A DNA stretch of 64,000 bases from assembly GCA_951406725.2 (NCBI GenBank), contig OX597835.1:33294001-33358000 (forward strand). The letters run 5' to 3'. Shown here piece by piece: positions 36,934 through 50,775 of the stretch. Source of the DNA: Octopus vulgaris. Taxonomy: Eukaryota. The notes beneath the pieces were generated by a model, which was not told where the DNA came from, did no database searches, and saw only the letters and a list, made by a program, of their open reading frames with translations. Each line of letters starts with the position of its first letter. Positions within the stretch are counted from its first letter, which is position 1. A program made the position numbers and the translations under genes.

Positions 36934-37290
36934 ATTACCTCCGACTTAACGAGGGCGGAGGTATTGTTTCAGTTGTGTTTGTTTGTCCGTGGACAAGATA
37001 TCTTAGGAACCACCGAATGGATACGGATGAAACTTTCAGGGATGTTTGACCTCGTAACTGGTACGAACGGATTAGATTTTGGGATCGATCCGGTACGGGA
37101 CTAGGATTCTTGATTAGTTTTCCTGGCTTTTACGTAATTTTTGAGAGCGTTCGGGTTCATTTTTAGCATTCCCGTTTGTGAGAGCAGTCAAGTTTATTTC
37201 AGATATTTTCATTTTAATTATCACCTCTGGCTAATCGTTGAGAGGACGTTGGTGTTGCCTTGGCGGAGGTTTGCGCTCTTTGAGTGCTCT
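36934..37290 (+). mobile_element. Helentron-associated non-autonomous element (HINE/DINE-1-like)
   Basis: 5' ttacctccgac...ggcggaggta hairpin/subterminal IR, GTTT microrepeat, 3' subterminal ggcggaggt followed by stem-loop gcgctc-ttt-gagtgc and a T-rich end. Confidence 0.7.
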
Positions 37291-37317
37291 TATTATTATT
37301 CATAATATATAGCGTGA

Positions 37318-38183
37318 AGGCGACCAAGAAATTTTAGAATGTTTAGCAACCCGAACAAAATGCTCAGCGACATTTACTCCGGCTCAATACGTTCTGAAAT
37401 CAAATTCCGTCGAGGCCGACTCTCGATTTAATCCTTTCGAGGTCGATAAGATATGCACCAGTCATTTCCTGGTGGACCATATATATTTCTTTACTGCCCA
37501 CAAGGGGCTAAAAAATATTATTTTCTACACTAGGTGCAAGGCCTGAAACTTTGGAGGAGAGGGGCCAATCAATTAGACCGACCCCAATGCGCAATTGGTA
37601 CTTAATTTACCGACCCCGAAAGGATGAAAGGCAAAGTCGACCTCGGCAGAATTTGAACTCTGAACGTAACGGCAGACGAAATATCGCTAAGCATTTCGCC
37701 CGGCGTGCTAACGTTTCTGCCAGCTCGCCGCCTTCCTGGTGATCCATATAGTCGACTAAACCCTCTCCACAAGTATTTTAGGTCTTGTGTCTATAGTAAA
37801 ACATACTATTACATATGTATTGCACTAACGAAGAGAATTGGGAAAATTGTTAGCATGCCGGACAAAATGTTCATCGGTATTTCTTCCGGCTCATTACTTA
37901 CTGAGTTCAAATTCTGCCGAGGTCAGCTTTGAATTTCATTTTGTCAATGTCAATGAAGTGTATACCTATTTCTTTATTACCCACAGAGAGGACAAACAAG
38001 GACAGACATAGGTATTAAGTTGATTAGATCGACCCCAGTGCGTAACTGGTACTTAATCTATCGACTCCGAAAGTATGAAAGGCAAAGTCGACCTCGGCGG
38101 AATTTGAACTCACAACGTACCGGCAGACGAAATATTGCTAAGCATTTCGCCCTGCGTGCTAACGTTTCTGCCAGCTCGCCGCC
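37318..38183. mobile_element. cluster of family A SINEs (young copies 37520-37733 and 37968-38183, minus)
   Basis: Nin-core matches; young copies are nested in older plus-strand copies. Confidence 0.8.
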
Positions 38184-38818
38184 TACAATGAAATAAATAC
38201 CAGTTGACCAACCGGTCTCGCTTCGTTACAGTTGTTGACCATTTGCCAAAATGCCGAAGTAATATGTAATCACTCTTGTTGAAATGATTGCAGAGCGACG
38301 GGAAATGAAGTGTTTTGCTCAAGGACATAACGCACCGCAATGTCAGGTTTTCGAAACCACGATTTCATGATTGTAACCCTAACCCCTAGTAATGTGTGTG
38401 TGAGTGTATGTGTATGCTTGGATGGATGGGTGTCGGTGTAGGTGTGGCTTTAAGGTAAGACGTTTACTCCCCAACAGCGTGGTCCAGTCCCATTGTGTAG
38501 AACATTGGGAAAACGTCTTCTTCTATAGCCTCGGATCGACGAAAGCCTTGCGTAAGCCATAAGATCTGCAAATCTTGTGTAAGCCATAGCCTGAAAATAT
38601 AACGGAGGCCTCAAATGACATTTTAAGGTCTACAAAGATCAGAATATATCTGCCGCTCTTGGTAGTCCAAAGTAGATATGCAATTTATGTCGGTGTCTGA
38701 AGATGTCTAAAGCAGATAAGATTTACTATTAAGGAAACAGACCGTGGTGAACTGCCTCGAAACAGAATGAGCTCAACAATAAGTGGCATTAGTCTTCCTC
38801 GGTATTCTTGAATATTAA

Positions 38819-39049
38819 GGCGGCGAGCTGGCAGAATCGTTAGCACGCCGGGCGAAATGCGTAGCTGTATTTCGTCTGCCGTTACGTTCTGAGTTCAAAT
38901 TCAGCCGAGGTCGACTTTGCCTTTCATCCTCTCGAGGTCAATTAAATAAGTACCAGTTACGCACCGGGGTCGATATGATCGACTTAATCCGTTTGTCTGT
39001 CCTTGTTTGTCCCCTCTGTGTTTAACCCCTTGTGGGTAGTAAAGAAAAA
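38819..39049 (+). mobile_element. full-length family A SINE with 16-bp TSD
   Basis: ggtattcttgaatatt at 38801-38816 and 39050-39065. Confidence 0.92.
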
Positions 39050-39199
39050 GGTATTCTTGAATATTGTGTTTTGCTTAAGAACACAACGTACAACCCAGTC
39101 CAGGAACTGAAACCACGATGCTGCGATCATGAGTACAACACCCTACCCAATAGGCCATGTACCCTCCTATTCACTAATATGTTTTATATACGTCCCTAC

Positions 39200-39600
39200 A
39201 ACTGCGGTGATGTGGTAGAATCGGTTGTACTAGGGGGAAAATGCTTAGCGGTATTTCGTCTGCAGTTACGTTCTGAGTTCAAATTCCGCCGAGGTCGAAT
39301 TTGCCTTTCATCCTTTCGGGGTCGATTAAATAAGTACCAGTTACGCACTGGGGTCGATATAACCAACTAAATCCGTGTGTCTGTCCTTGTTTGTCCTCTC
39401 TGTGTTTGACCCCATGTGGGTAGTAAAGAAATAGGTATTTCGTCCGGTTTTACCTTGTGAGATCAGATTTTGCTGAGGTTAACTTTGCCCTTCATCCTGT
39501 CGAGGTCGATAAAATGACTACCAGTTGAACATTGGGAGTCCGTGTAATCGACTTACCCCTACCCTCAAAATTTCTGGACTTTTGTCAAAATTTGAAATCA
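39200..39600 (+). mobile_element. family A SINE nested in an older family A SINE
   Basis: ggtatttcgtc duplicated at ~39250 and ~39434. Confidence 0.8.
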
Positions 39601-41876
39601 ATATTCATTTCATGTTTCTCTTTTTCTCTCTACATTTATACACATACATAGATGTAGAAATATACATGGAAGGTAAACTAATTTAACTTGGTATCCATTG
39701 TGTTTCTGAACTCGTCCGGCGCCAATACATTTTCGACGCTTGCAAAGAATAAATGATAGAATCACAGAAAAGCTGATGAGAGTAAGAGACAGAACGAGAA
39801 GAAGAAAAAAAAGATGGAAAAACAGAAAAACGGAGGGGGGTGAGAGAAGAAAGAAAGAAAAAGAAAATATGATAGTAAAGAGAGAAAATGGTATCAACAG
39901 AACTTGTCAATAAAATTCAGAATATTTCTGTATTTAATGTATGAAGAGACGTACCCAAGAGATTAGTGAAAGCCGAAATGTCAGTTGAGATTAGACATAG
40001 TTAGGAGCGAAAACACTGAAGCTCACACACATATTAATATAATATTACGTCCGGACTACTTTTGTTAATGTTTAATGTAAAGTAACTGAAGTGAAGTAAG
40101 AAAATAAAACAGTTTTCAGTTGTGGTAGTCGTAGTTTGGACATACTAGTGGCGACGTTGGTGTCGATAATGGGTAAATGAGAAACATACAGACAGAGAGA
40201 GGGGGAAGGAGAAGAAGAGAGACGGAGAAAGAAAGAAAACGTGATGCGGAAATAGTGAATAAATGAAGAGAGAGAAAACACGAAAGAAATAGTGAAGGAA
40301 AATGAGACAAGGATTTTTAAGTAGTATGATTGGGAGTTAAGGTAAGCATGCAAGGGAAAAGGTGTGAAACTGATATGCGTATTTAAATGTGAAGAGAGGA
40401 AAGAAAGAAGAGTATGAAAAAGATGTAAAGCTCGTGACACCATTGTGTCTTTAGTTATATTGTTCTTTTATTTTCTCATCTCTTTCTCTGTGTCTCTCTT
40501 TCCCTCTCTCTATTTCTGTCCCCCCTCCTCTCTCTCTCTCCCTTTCTTTCTTTCTTTCTTTCTTTGTTTCAGTTTTTGAGTGATGTTTAGTGCATTATAA
40601 AACCGTTCCAAAATTTTTCTCAAAGTTAGCGATCTTTTTTGAAGAATACGGTTAGTCGATTACATCGAATCCAATTCGCAACTGGAGCTCGTTTCATTGA
40701 CTTTCAATATACGAAAAGCATGTTTGACATCTGCGGAATTTAAAATGTAAAATGACAGCAACTTTAGTTGAAATTATTAAATTGCTACAAGACTAAGAAA
40801 ATACTAAGATATTTTGTTGCCATGTATGAATTAATTTATACAAACTTATCTGTTCCAATATGCCTGAGGCAATTTCGAAGCCATAAGAAAAACGAGTTAC
40901 TGTATTTTGTGTCACGGGAAAAATTTCTCGCTATAGAAAACTAGGTGTAAACACAGCAAGTCAGTATTTATTCATATACATTTATGTATATGAGTGCATG
41001 GGAACTAATTTCTCAAAGTTTAAATGGAATATTTTCCTATAGAAAGATTACAAAAATAGATTAGAAAAAAAGACAACAAATTAGAAAAAAATATTAGTTT
41101 GCTTTCAGTGTGAGAATTAATTAAAAATAAAACCATCTCGGGGTTTGAACTATCTTCTGTTTGATAATGCTCTATATATGCCCCTACAACTGCACTTAAT
41201 CCATGTCGTGGTATATGTATGTCGTGGTTCATGAGCTAAACAGCTCCATTTTCTATAGGTTAAAATGTATTGCATTTATGTCTCAGATAACTATGTTAGA
41301 TGCTGGCAGTGTCCGAAGTGTTGCTTGACCGTGCGTAAATCTTTTTTGCGAAACCCTTAAAGCTAGGGTAAATCAAAATCAGAAAACGGAAAATGAATGC
41401 GAGGATAAATGAATGCGAGGAAAATGCGTGAAAAGGAGATAACTGTGAGTAAAGCCACCAGTTCACAATGTCAGTTTACACAGGTGCTAATCTGCAATTA
41501 TGAATATGAGAACAGCTGATGATAAATGTTAAGACAGTAAAGGAAATGGAATGACGAAATAATGAAACTAGTATGAATAATACCATTTTCAGGAGCATAT
41601 TGTTCAACAGAACACAGAAGTAGATCGACTGCTGACCGCTGATAAAAGAGAATAATGGGGGTGGGGGTGAGAGGGTTTTCTTTTGGGAATGTGGACTAAT
41701 GTAACAGACGAAATGCTTGAATGATATAACAATAAATGAAGTGATGCTTGAAGACACTCTGAAACAGATTTCAGTGGAATTAGAATGAAATTTAGAAAAG
41801 GTTAAAGCCGAGTCTGTAATAGGAAAATATTTAGAATCAATAGACTAGCAGAGATAAAAATGAAAAGTAAAGGATA

Positions 41877-42295
41877 GGCGCAGGAGTGGCTGTGTGGTTA
41901 GTAGCTTGCTTACCAACCACACGGTTCCGGGTTCGGTCCCACTGCGTGGCACCTTAGGCAAGTGTCTTCTACTATAGCCTCGGGCCGACCAAAGCCTTGT
42001 GAGTGGATTTGGTAGACGGAAACTGAAAGAAGTCCGTCGTATATATGTATATGTATATATGTATATGCGTGTGTGTGTTTCTGTGTCTGTGTTTGTCCCC
42101 CTAGCATTGCTTGACAACCGATGCTGGTGTGTTTATGTCCCCGTTACTTAGCGGTTCGGCAAAAGAGACCGATAGAATAAGTACTGGGCTTACAAAAGAA
42201 TAAGTCCCGGGGTCGAGTTACTCGATTAAAGGCGGTGCTCCAGCATGGCTGCAGTCATATGACTGAAACAAGTAAAAGAGTAAAAGAGTAAAGAG
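41877..42295 (+). mobile_element. full-length family B tRNA-derived SINE
   Basis: A/B-box-like head, internal (TA)/(TG) microsatellite, (AAAGAGT)n tail; gtaaaggatag / gtaaagagatag flanks. Confidence 0.9.
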
Positions 42296-42754
42296 ATAGT
42301 AAGTCATTCATTGCAAAATATTATTTCGCTTTGTTAGAGAATCACACCATGGCTAATGTTAGGGATAATGCTTTTGTCGAATTAATCTGCAATGTGAAGG
42401 TAACAGCAACAATTTCCCTGAGAAAATGCGTGAAAGGGAGATACAAAATGGAACTTGTTGTATTTAGGAATGGTCATTTTGCCAGTTTAGCCAATAAAAA
42501 CACACGCACTATATATTTGGTGTTAGTTAGTGTGTGTGTGTATTGGGAGGGGGGAATGTCTGTAATATTTGTATCTCCTGTTCGTGTGTAATTTGTTTTT
42601 GTTTTTTTTATTCTTATTTTGTTCATGTGTTTACACCTACTTATTAATATACAAAATGGAACAGTTTAGCGTAAGTTCTATTATTTTAAGGTCTGAAAAA
42701 GTGTGTACACAGCCAAGGTTGTATATTGCTGAGAAAACACTAAATTATGCATAT

Positions 42755-43237
42755 CTAATGATATGCATAAGATATGGTCATCAAATCTAAGTAGAGATTT
42801 CAAACTTAAAATCTTCAAAGCCACAGTCGAACCAATTCTACTATATGGCTCAGAAACCTGGATGTTATCAAAGAAGCTTGAGAGGCGGTTGGATGGAACT
42901 TACACTCACCTTCTCATGAGAGCTCAAAATCTCTCGTGGAAGCGTCATCCAAGTACAAATATATGGGAAACTACCACCTGTATCATCTCTTGTGAAAGGT
43001 AGAAAAGTCCAGTATGCTGGACATTGTTGTAGAGCTGAAAACGAGGTAATTTCTACTCTTCTCCTCTGGAAGCCATCTGCTCGCGATACCAGAGAGCGTA
43101 CAGTCTCCTACCCTGATGTAATCTCCAGGGATACAGGCATCCGGCACCAGAACCTCCGTAATGCTATGATGGACCGGGAAGTCTGGCGTAACATAGTAAA
43201 TTGCATTGTCTCGACCACGGTCGAACAGTGATGATGA
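42755..43237 (+). mobile_element. RTE-clade LINE 3' fragment
   Basis: KLKIFKATVEPILLYGSETW...LLMRAQNLSW...YAGHCCR...AMMDREVWRNIV; (TGA)n tail. Confidence 0.85.
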
Positions 43238-43379
43238 AATCTATCCAACTACACCAAGAAGCTGGTTAAAATCCAGTTTTTACTTCAGGTTCCATATCCA
43301 AAATTTAGGACAAGCGATCATGTCCTGCTCCTATTTTCTGTTCTGCGTTTTCTGTAACGGTTCCACTTTCTCATGTTTT

Positions 43380-44285
43380 GATGCGTCTGTCTTCCAACCA
43401 GTTCGTCAAGCTTGACATCCATATCAGGCCTTGCATACTTCTGCTTCTTTTCCTTTCAATCTTTCGAGTCATCGCTAAATTCTCCGGACTCTCTTTCCTC
43501 ATCACATGACCAAACAACTGGGATTTCTACTTACGAAGTTGTTTCTTATTTATTGCAGTACAAGGCAACACTTCTTCATTAGACACATTGTTAGTCCATG
43601 CTATTGTAGTGATACTATAACGGTGCGCGCGCGCGCACCGTCCATTTTCTATTTCGCGCGTGCGAGTGTTGGTGCCTTCACCAAGGCACAGAAAGGAAGG
43701 GCCCTCTCGCGCATGCGCGAACCACCGGAAGAACCCTTTTGCCTACGTGGCAGTTAGCGAGGCAAGGGAGCGTGAGCCTTAACAAAGAGGCAAGGGGGTC
43801 GTAGAACGTTTGACCACTAGCAGCAGTCAGCGTGGACTTTGAGACATGGCTATCGAAGGCAACGGTCACGTATATTCTCTCTCCGTCAGGACTTGATTCT
43901 AGCAGCAGTCGGCCGAATGCCTTTAACCAAATTGTTGCCGACCACATTCAACTTCCCTGTTCGACGCCATCTTGAACCCGTTCTGGTTTTAGCGGCTGAA
44001 TATTGTAAATATTACAATCGATTAACTTTCAGCCTTGCGCGCCCCGAACCAAGGACATCAGATAACACACTTATTGTTATTGTTACCAAGAAAGAGAATA
44101 AAGTAGTATATATATATTTTACGTCTGCGTCTTGTTGTTTCTGACTGGTAGAATTCTGGATTATTAAAGCAACGGCTAGTGATTGCTTTCTTGTACCCCG
44201 AAAGTACAAGAGAAGATATTCACTCACTCACGAAGTTCGTTACACTATCTTCAATACTCTTGTGAAGAAAAACATTTCGCGAGCC
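43380..44285 (-). mobile_element. RTE-clade LINE fragment interrupted by a solo LTR
   Basis: Removing the LTR and one TSD restores EMFFFTRVLKIAWTNNVSNEEVL, followed by QLFGHVMRKESPENLAMTRKIERKRSR. Confidence 0.8.
43605..44244 (+). mobile_element. solo LTR (640 bp), Ty3/Gypsy-type 4-bp TSD
   Basis: TGTA...TACA termini; TSD ctat at 43601-43604 and 44245-44248; AATAAA near 44097; GC/CpG-rich. Confidence 0.85.
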
Positions 44286-44658
44286 GAATACAGAAGCCAT
44301 TATACCACGGGCCCTCATATATAAACAATATATAAGTTTAAAAAATATAATGAATTGCACAAACAAACGAAAAATTGACACATGGGATCACCAACACCTC
44401 ATCACTTATCGGCCACAGGTTCAAATACATTTTCACGTTTTACTATAATATTGAATCCCTTTTGGTGTCGCCGGCAAAAAAAGAGAGAAACAACTGCCGG
44501 GTGGGACCAAAAGAAAACAGAACACAAACCAGGAAACAAGAACTGATAAGCATGCAATACAGAGCTCGACGTACGAACATGAATAAATGTGACGAGACCA
44601 TTAGTGGAAGGGCGAGGGACAAAGGCGAAATAAACAGAATAAGGTCTTTGGGCCACAC

Positions 44659-44736
<78 letters not shown>

Positions 44737-45108
44737 ACATATATATATATATATATACATATATATATACGTATATATATACACACATTACACAGACACA
44801 TAGAGATTGTATTTACGTATATTATACATATTTATGTGAATTCGTACGCATATATACACTGCGTATAGTTAGGCTTAATTCCGTAATGGATATATATAAA
44901 TGTATATCTTACAAAGTGGGGCACTTGTACGCTATGTGACCCTTGAGTATATTTTAAATAAATTTACATTTACAACAATTTATGGTGTAAAATGAAGTCG
45001 ATATTTCAAAACTGCAGAATACACAGCTATAATAACGTTAGAAACAAGAGTGGTCTGTATAAAGACGCTCAGGCTAAAATGTAGGCTAAGTATAAGTATG
45101 CAATTTAG

Positions 45109-45140
<32 letters not shown>

Positions 45141-45420
45141 CCACACACACACACACACTCACTCACACACACACACTCTTGTTTAGCAACTGATTTTATA
45201 TCCGAAAGGGTCTGTATCTTTTCGTTACTCCTCTGCTTCATCACTAATGTGTATAAATGGAAAATGTTTCTCATTATGTGGAGTAGCTGAGTGAAAAGTG
45301 CGTTATTGGTGATGCCTATCTAAACGTGATATATAACGCAGTATATGAAATTGCGCGGAAAGACCGTGGCCTTACGGTTCGCGATCGTAACGTCGTGGTT
45401 TCGATTCCCGCACAGGAGTA

Positions 45421-45829
45421 TCTCTTTTACTCTTTTACTTGTTTCAGTCATTTGACTGCGGCCATGCTGGAGCACCGCCTTTAATCGAGCAACTCGACCC
45501 CAGGACTTATTCTTTTGTAAGCCCAGTACTTATTCTATCGGTCCCTTTTGCCGAACCGCTAAGTAACGGGGACATAGACACACCAGCATCGGTTGTCAAG
45601 CAATGCTAGGGGGACAAACACAGACACACAAACACACACACGCATATATATATATATACAGATATACGACGGGCTTCTTTCAGTTTCCGTCTACCAAATC
45701 CACTCACAAGGCTTTGGTCGGCCCGAGGCTATAGTGGAAGACACTTGCCCAAGGTGCCACGCAGTAGGACTGAACCCGAAACCATGTGGTTGGTAAACAT
45801 GCTACTTACCACACAGCCACTCCTGCGCC
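45421..45829 (-). mobile_element. full-length family B SINE
   Basis: Near-identical reverse complement of 41877-42295. Confidence 0.9.
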
Positions 45830-46111
45830 TATGTGTTGTGTATTTGAGAAAAACATTTCCTTTTACGTTGCTGTATTCCTCTCAGCTAAAAATATGTTCC
45901 TGCTAAAGCTAGAGATTTCACCCTCCGACGAACCAGTGTCACTTTCGTTTGGAAGAAATGATATAACATCGTGAGAAATAGAAACAGGGCTGAGCTGTGA
46001 TTTTATGAGTTCTAGGGGTTCGTGTCAGACCTAAGTAACATGAAATTGTGAAAAAATGTAGATCAAACTTCCGAGACACGCATAACAATTGATTTTTGTA
46101 TGACTCTCATA

Positions 46112-46406
46112 AAGACCCCCTTCGGTCATGAATGACCGTGGGATTGCACCTACGAAATTCCCATGTGAGGTACAAGTCCAGGCAAGGTTGTTTATAAGAG
46201 ACCAGCAGTCACCCATGCATACCAGCCTCCCCTCTTCACGCCACCGATGTTATCCAAGGAAGAAGTAAAGGCAGATGCAATTTGGTACCAGTGACATCGC
46301 AACACATTTCTACAGCTGGGTGAACTGGAGCCACGTGAAATAAAATGTCTTGCACAAGAACAAGACACACAGCCCGGTCTGGGAATCGAACTCACTACCT
46401 CATGAT

Positions 46407-46453
<47 letters not shown>

Positions 46454-46454
46454 T

Positions 46455-46532
<78 letters not shown>

Positions 46533-46637
46533 TAGCAGCACGACAGGCTTCCACAGTTTCATCTTCGAAATTCATTCAGAAAACATTGGTCACATTGGGG
46601 TTATTGAGCACGACGCTCTAACCACTGAGCCATGTGC
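46112..46637 (-). mobile_element. family D SINE split by (GATA)n (46405-46530) and a SINE B fragment
   Basis: Body homologous to 16227-16500; head gcacatggctcagtggttagagcgtcg at ~46610-46637. Confidence 0.7.
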
Positions 46638-47499
46638 TTATACGTGACGTGCCTAAACTAACAGGAAACACCTTCCATGGAGGAATTTTGGGTATTATAT
46701 TTTTGATAATATGTTGCCTTACAGTTTCTCTTATGTTACAAGGTCGAAATAATGCGTTGGATAATACCTTTTCTTTGCAGCAGTCACTACGTGTATGATA
46801 AGTCAAATCAGTGTGAACCATCTTTTAATTGTATCAGTTAGCGGGCTGCACCCATACTGCAGCACAACTTTGAAGAGTTTTTTCGAGCACTTACTCTTAA
46901 AATCTGATGCTTATTCCATAAGGTTATTTTGTCGAATAGCTATGTTTCTGTGTTAAAGGGACGTAACCCAACCAATGCAGGTTTTCAAACGATGAGGCTG
47001 AAGCATAAACACAAAGACAAACACACACATATGCACAGAATTATAAATGACAGGCTTCTGCACAGTTTCCGTCTATCGAATTTACTCGCATGATATTGGT
47101 CAGACCGTGTCTCGAGATGAAGATACTTGCCTAAGGCGACGCGTGGTGGGACTGAACCTGAAACCTCGTGTTTGTTACGTGATCTTCTTAACCACAGTGT
47201 CTTCCCTGCGCCTATGAAGATGTTGGCGGTATGATAGTTGGTAACATGGAAGCAGTAATGTGCAAAATAAAGAGTGGAAAGAAAAGATAAGATGATGGAG
47301 CGACAGCGAAGATTGTTCTCACACTGAGAGAGAAAAAAACCCGTATCATGAAAACTGTTCGAAATCAATTATTCAAAAAGCAATTATTCGAAAAACAGTT
47401 CTTCGAAATAAATATCATTTGTGTACATAAAATCCTTTTTGTTTTCTTAATGAGATAAAAAAACAAGGCTGTGTAGATTTTAGAACATTTATAAATAGT

Positions 47500-47546
47500 T
47501 CTTACAGCTGTTTCTAAGATATTTATTATATCACTTCATCGGAGAC
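47500..47546 (-). ncRNA. type I hammerhead-like motif (CCGAUGA core variant)
   Basis: Minus strand TCT-CCGATGA-AGTGATAT-AATAA-ATATCTTA-GAAA-CAGCTG-TA-AGA. Confidence 0.55.
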
Positions 47547-48321
47547 GGTGTGAGAAGATGGTTAAGTAATAGCTAATTTAGATAAGATACTTGAATTTTA
47601 ATTTTCTTTTATTTATGTTTAATAAAACAAAAAAATTAGAATAATTAACATTTCGCATAATTGTCCTTTTGAATAATTTTCATTCATATAATTTTCCATA
47701 AATAACCTTGCCCGGATTTGTGCCTGGGGTGGGGAGTAACTTTCTAGGTGCAATCCCACGGTCAGTCATGACCGAAGGGCGTCCCAATATGTGCTTGTAT
47801 AAACACGTGCAAAGTAATCGTTGCTGCACAATGTTTTACTATCCACAAAATTTGACCAGAAACTTGTTACAAATTTCGACATGTTTTCTAACTTTCTGAC
47901 AAAGAGTTCATGGCCGGAAAGAGATAACTGAAGGGAAATTTGTTGAAGCCTATCGAACGTTATTACTCTTTGCTAATCTTGGAATCAAAGAGAACAATTT
48001 GTTTTGGATATTATTGGGCAATAAAGATTTAAAGTAGTACTACGGAACGAAGTTTTCAAGACAGAGCTATGAAAAATCGATTGCTGTCTAGAATCCTAAC
48101 TCAAATCAGTAATAATGAAGACAATCGTTAAGGGGGCGAGCTGGCACAATCGTTAACGCGCTGGATCTTACCTTGCATCCTTTCAGGGTCGATAAATTAA
48201 GTACCAGTTGCGTACGGAGCTCGATCTAATCGACTGGCCCCCTCCCCAAAATTTCATTCCATACGTATAGAGCAGGATCTATTTTGGTTAGTATATTATA
48301 TGAATTAACTATCAACATGTT

Positions 48322-48624
48322 CACCCCTCTCCTTTACTTACGACCGAGCTCCATTCCGACTGACTGGTCGTAAGTCGATCTAGTCGTATGTCGGATTTGT
48401 ATTTCTCGAAACTATTTTCATTCGAACGCAACTGATGCACGAAGGTGACTGAGTGAGAGACAGTAGCTAGCAGTGGATGCCTGAGCCTGAGGGAGGGCTG
48501 CGTTGTAAGATGTTGCCTTAGATATCGTAACGCGTAACGTCTGAAAATCGAATTTTCTTATTATTTTGTGGTTGTAGGTGCAGATGGTCGTAAGTCGCAT
48601 AGGTTGTAAGTCGAGGAGAAGGTG
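48322..48624. mobile_element. Tigger/pogo-like MITE
   Basis: cacccctctcctttacttacgacc ... ggttgtaagtcgaggagaaggtg-TA TIRs; homologous to 20305-20610. Confidence 0.75.
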
Positions 48625-50162
48625 TATATTTGTCTATACGAGTATGTAGGCTTTGTATATATGCATGTATGTAATGACTCTTACAAAGACTTGTTTAGTT
48701 AAGTTCTTTCATGTATATTCATATATTTCTATGTGTTTATATGAATTTATATATATTTTTGCATGAAAATTATATGAAATTAAATCTATTTTTATATGTG
48801 CATTTACATGTATTTATATGAATTTTTGTATATACTTTTACAGATGTATGTTGTTATTTTGTGTATAATTTTCTAGTGCTTATCTGCAATTTTTATAGGT
48901 TTTGTAAGCAAAAAATTTGGGTTGAGAAAATTTTAGTACAAAATGAATTTTCCGTATAAATGTTTACCATTATTTAGTTCAGTCGTAAATTAATTGCGGG
49001 GGAAAACTCTTCTGCACTACATCACCAAGAATACCTAAAGATACTAGAGCAAATATAGAAAAGAGCGTGACACAGTAGAATGCTAGTGATGTAAGAAGAT
49101 GTCAAAAGGTAATTACAAAATATAGAAAGTGGATTAAATTATTCAATTTTCTGGATAGGCTGGGTGCGGGGTGAAATAGCAGAAATGCAACGCTTCGGAC
49201 AAAAACGTTTATCAGAGAAACTCTCGATGAGATATTACATCTCTCCTTTTCTCATTAAAATATATTATTCAACATTGTAATTCATACATACATACATACA
49301 TACATACATGCATACATACATACATGCATACATATACATATATTTGTGTGTGAGGGTGTGTGTATATGTGTATATTTATGCAATTAAGTATGTATTTGTG
49401 TATCTATGCATGTATGTGCATGTAGGTTTGCATGTATAAGTATATTTTTTGCATATGTGAGTATGAATATATGTATGCACGTGGATGCTTTGTGAGATAG
49501 TATTTTATATGTAAGTGGTTTACGAAACGGTCTGTTGGTAAATATGAACATATATTTGTAACTTATTTATTTAGTTGTTACTAGATAGCTTGTTAAATGT
49601 AAATAGAAGCGAAATTTATCTAAACAAAGAGAAGGAAATCAACCATGAGCAGCATTGATTTCTATACGACTGCTTATATAAGTACACACACACATTAACA
49701 TGATCATAGACAAACACATATAATATGCACACAAGCATTAATATTAGAACTATTTTCTGTAACAAATACAATGCTATGTTCGAAGTGAAGCGACGCACAG
49801 AGGTGGCCATGTGGTAAGCAGTTCGGTTTGCTAACATGTGGTAAGAAGCTCGATTTGCAGCCATGTTTGGTTCAGTCCCACAGCGAAGAAATTTGCGTAG
49901 GTGTCTTCTGTGATAAGCTCCAGCCCGACCAATTCCTTGCGAGTGAAACTGACTGGCGGAAAATGTTTAGTAACTCGTTGTATATGTGATTGCGTGTGTG
50001 AGTGAGAAAAAGAGAGGGGGAGACAGGCAGACAGACAGACAGACAGACAGTATAGAGAATATGTGCGTGTGTGTGTGTGTGTATATGTCTCCACCCAAAA
50101 TGACTGCCAAGCGGTGGTACAGACGACCACAAATGCAAAGACGCAAACACATGCTTAAACAT

Positions 50163-50211
<49 letters not shown>

Positions 50212-50249
50212 AACACACGCGCGCGCACGCACACACATATATATATTCT

Positions 50250-50445
50250 TGTCTTCTTTTATTGCTTTTCATCATTTGACTGCGGTCATGCTGGGGTACC
50301 GCCTTTAGTCGAGCAAGTCGACCCCAGGGCTTATTCTTTGTAAGCCTAGTACTTATTCTATCGGTCTCTTTTGCCGAACTGCTTTGTTACAGGGACGTAA
50401 ACACACTAGCATCGGTGGTCAAGCGATGTTGGGTGGGGGTAACAC
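50250..50445 (-). mobile_element. family B SINE 3' half
   Basis: tcatttgactgcggtcatgctgggg...gtacttattctatcggtctcttttgccgaac. Confidence 0.75.
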
Positions 50446-50481
50446 ACACACACACGTACATGCACACACACACACACACAC

Positions 50482-50546
<65 letters not shown>

Positions 50547-50738
50547 CATACATATCTATCTATCTATCTATATATATATATATAAAGGGAGAGAGAGAGA
50601 TATTGATAGATACATAGATAGATAGATAGATATACATATATGCATATATATTATAGGTGCATATTATATAATATTTATATATATACATATTAACATATTA
50701 TAATACATATCTGTGTGTGTGTGCATGTGTGTGTACAG

Positions 50739-50775
<37 letters not shown>

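Noticed and set aside
41877-45829. Inverted pair of near-identical SINE B copies as composite-transposon ends
   Set aside because: This is a high-copy family and no shared outer TSD is visible; chance opposite orientation suffices.
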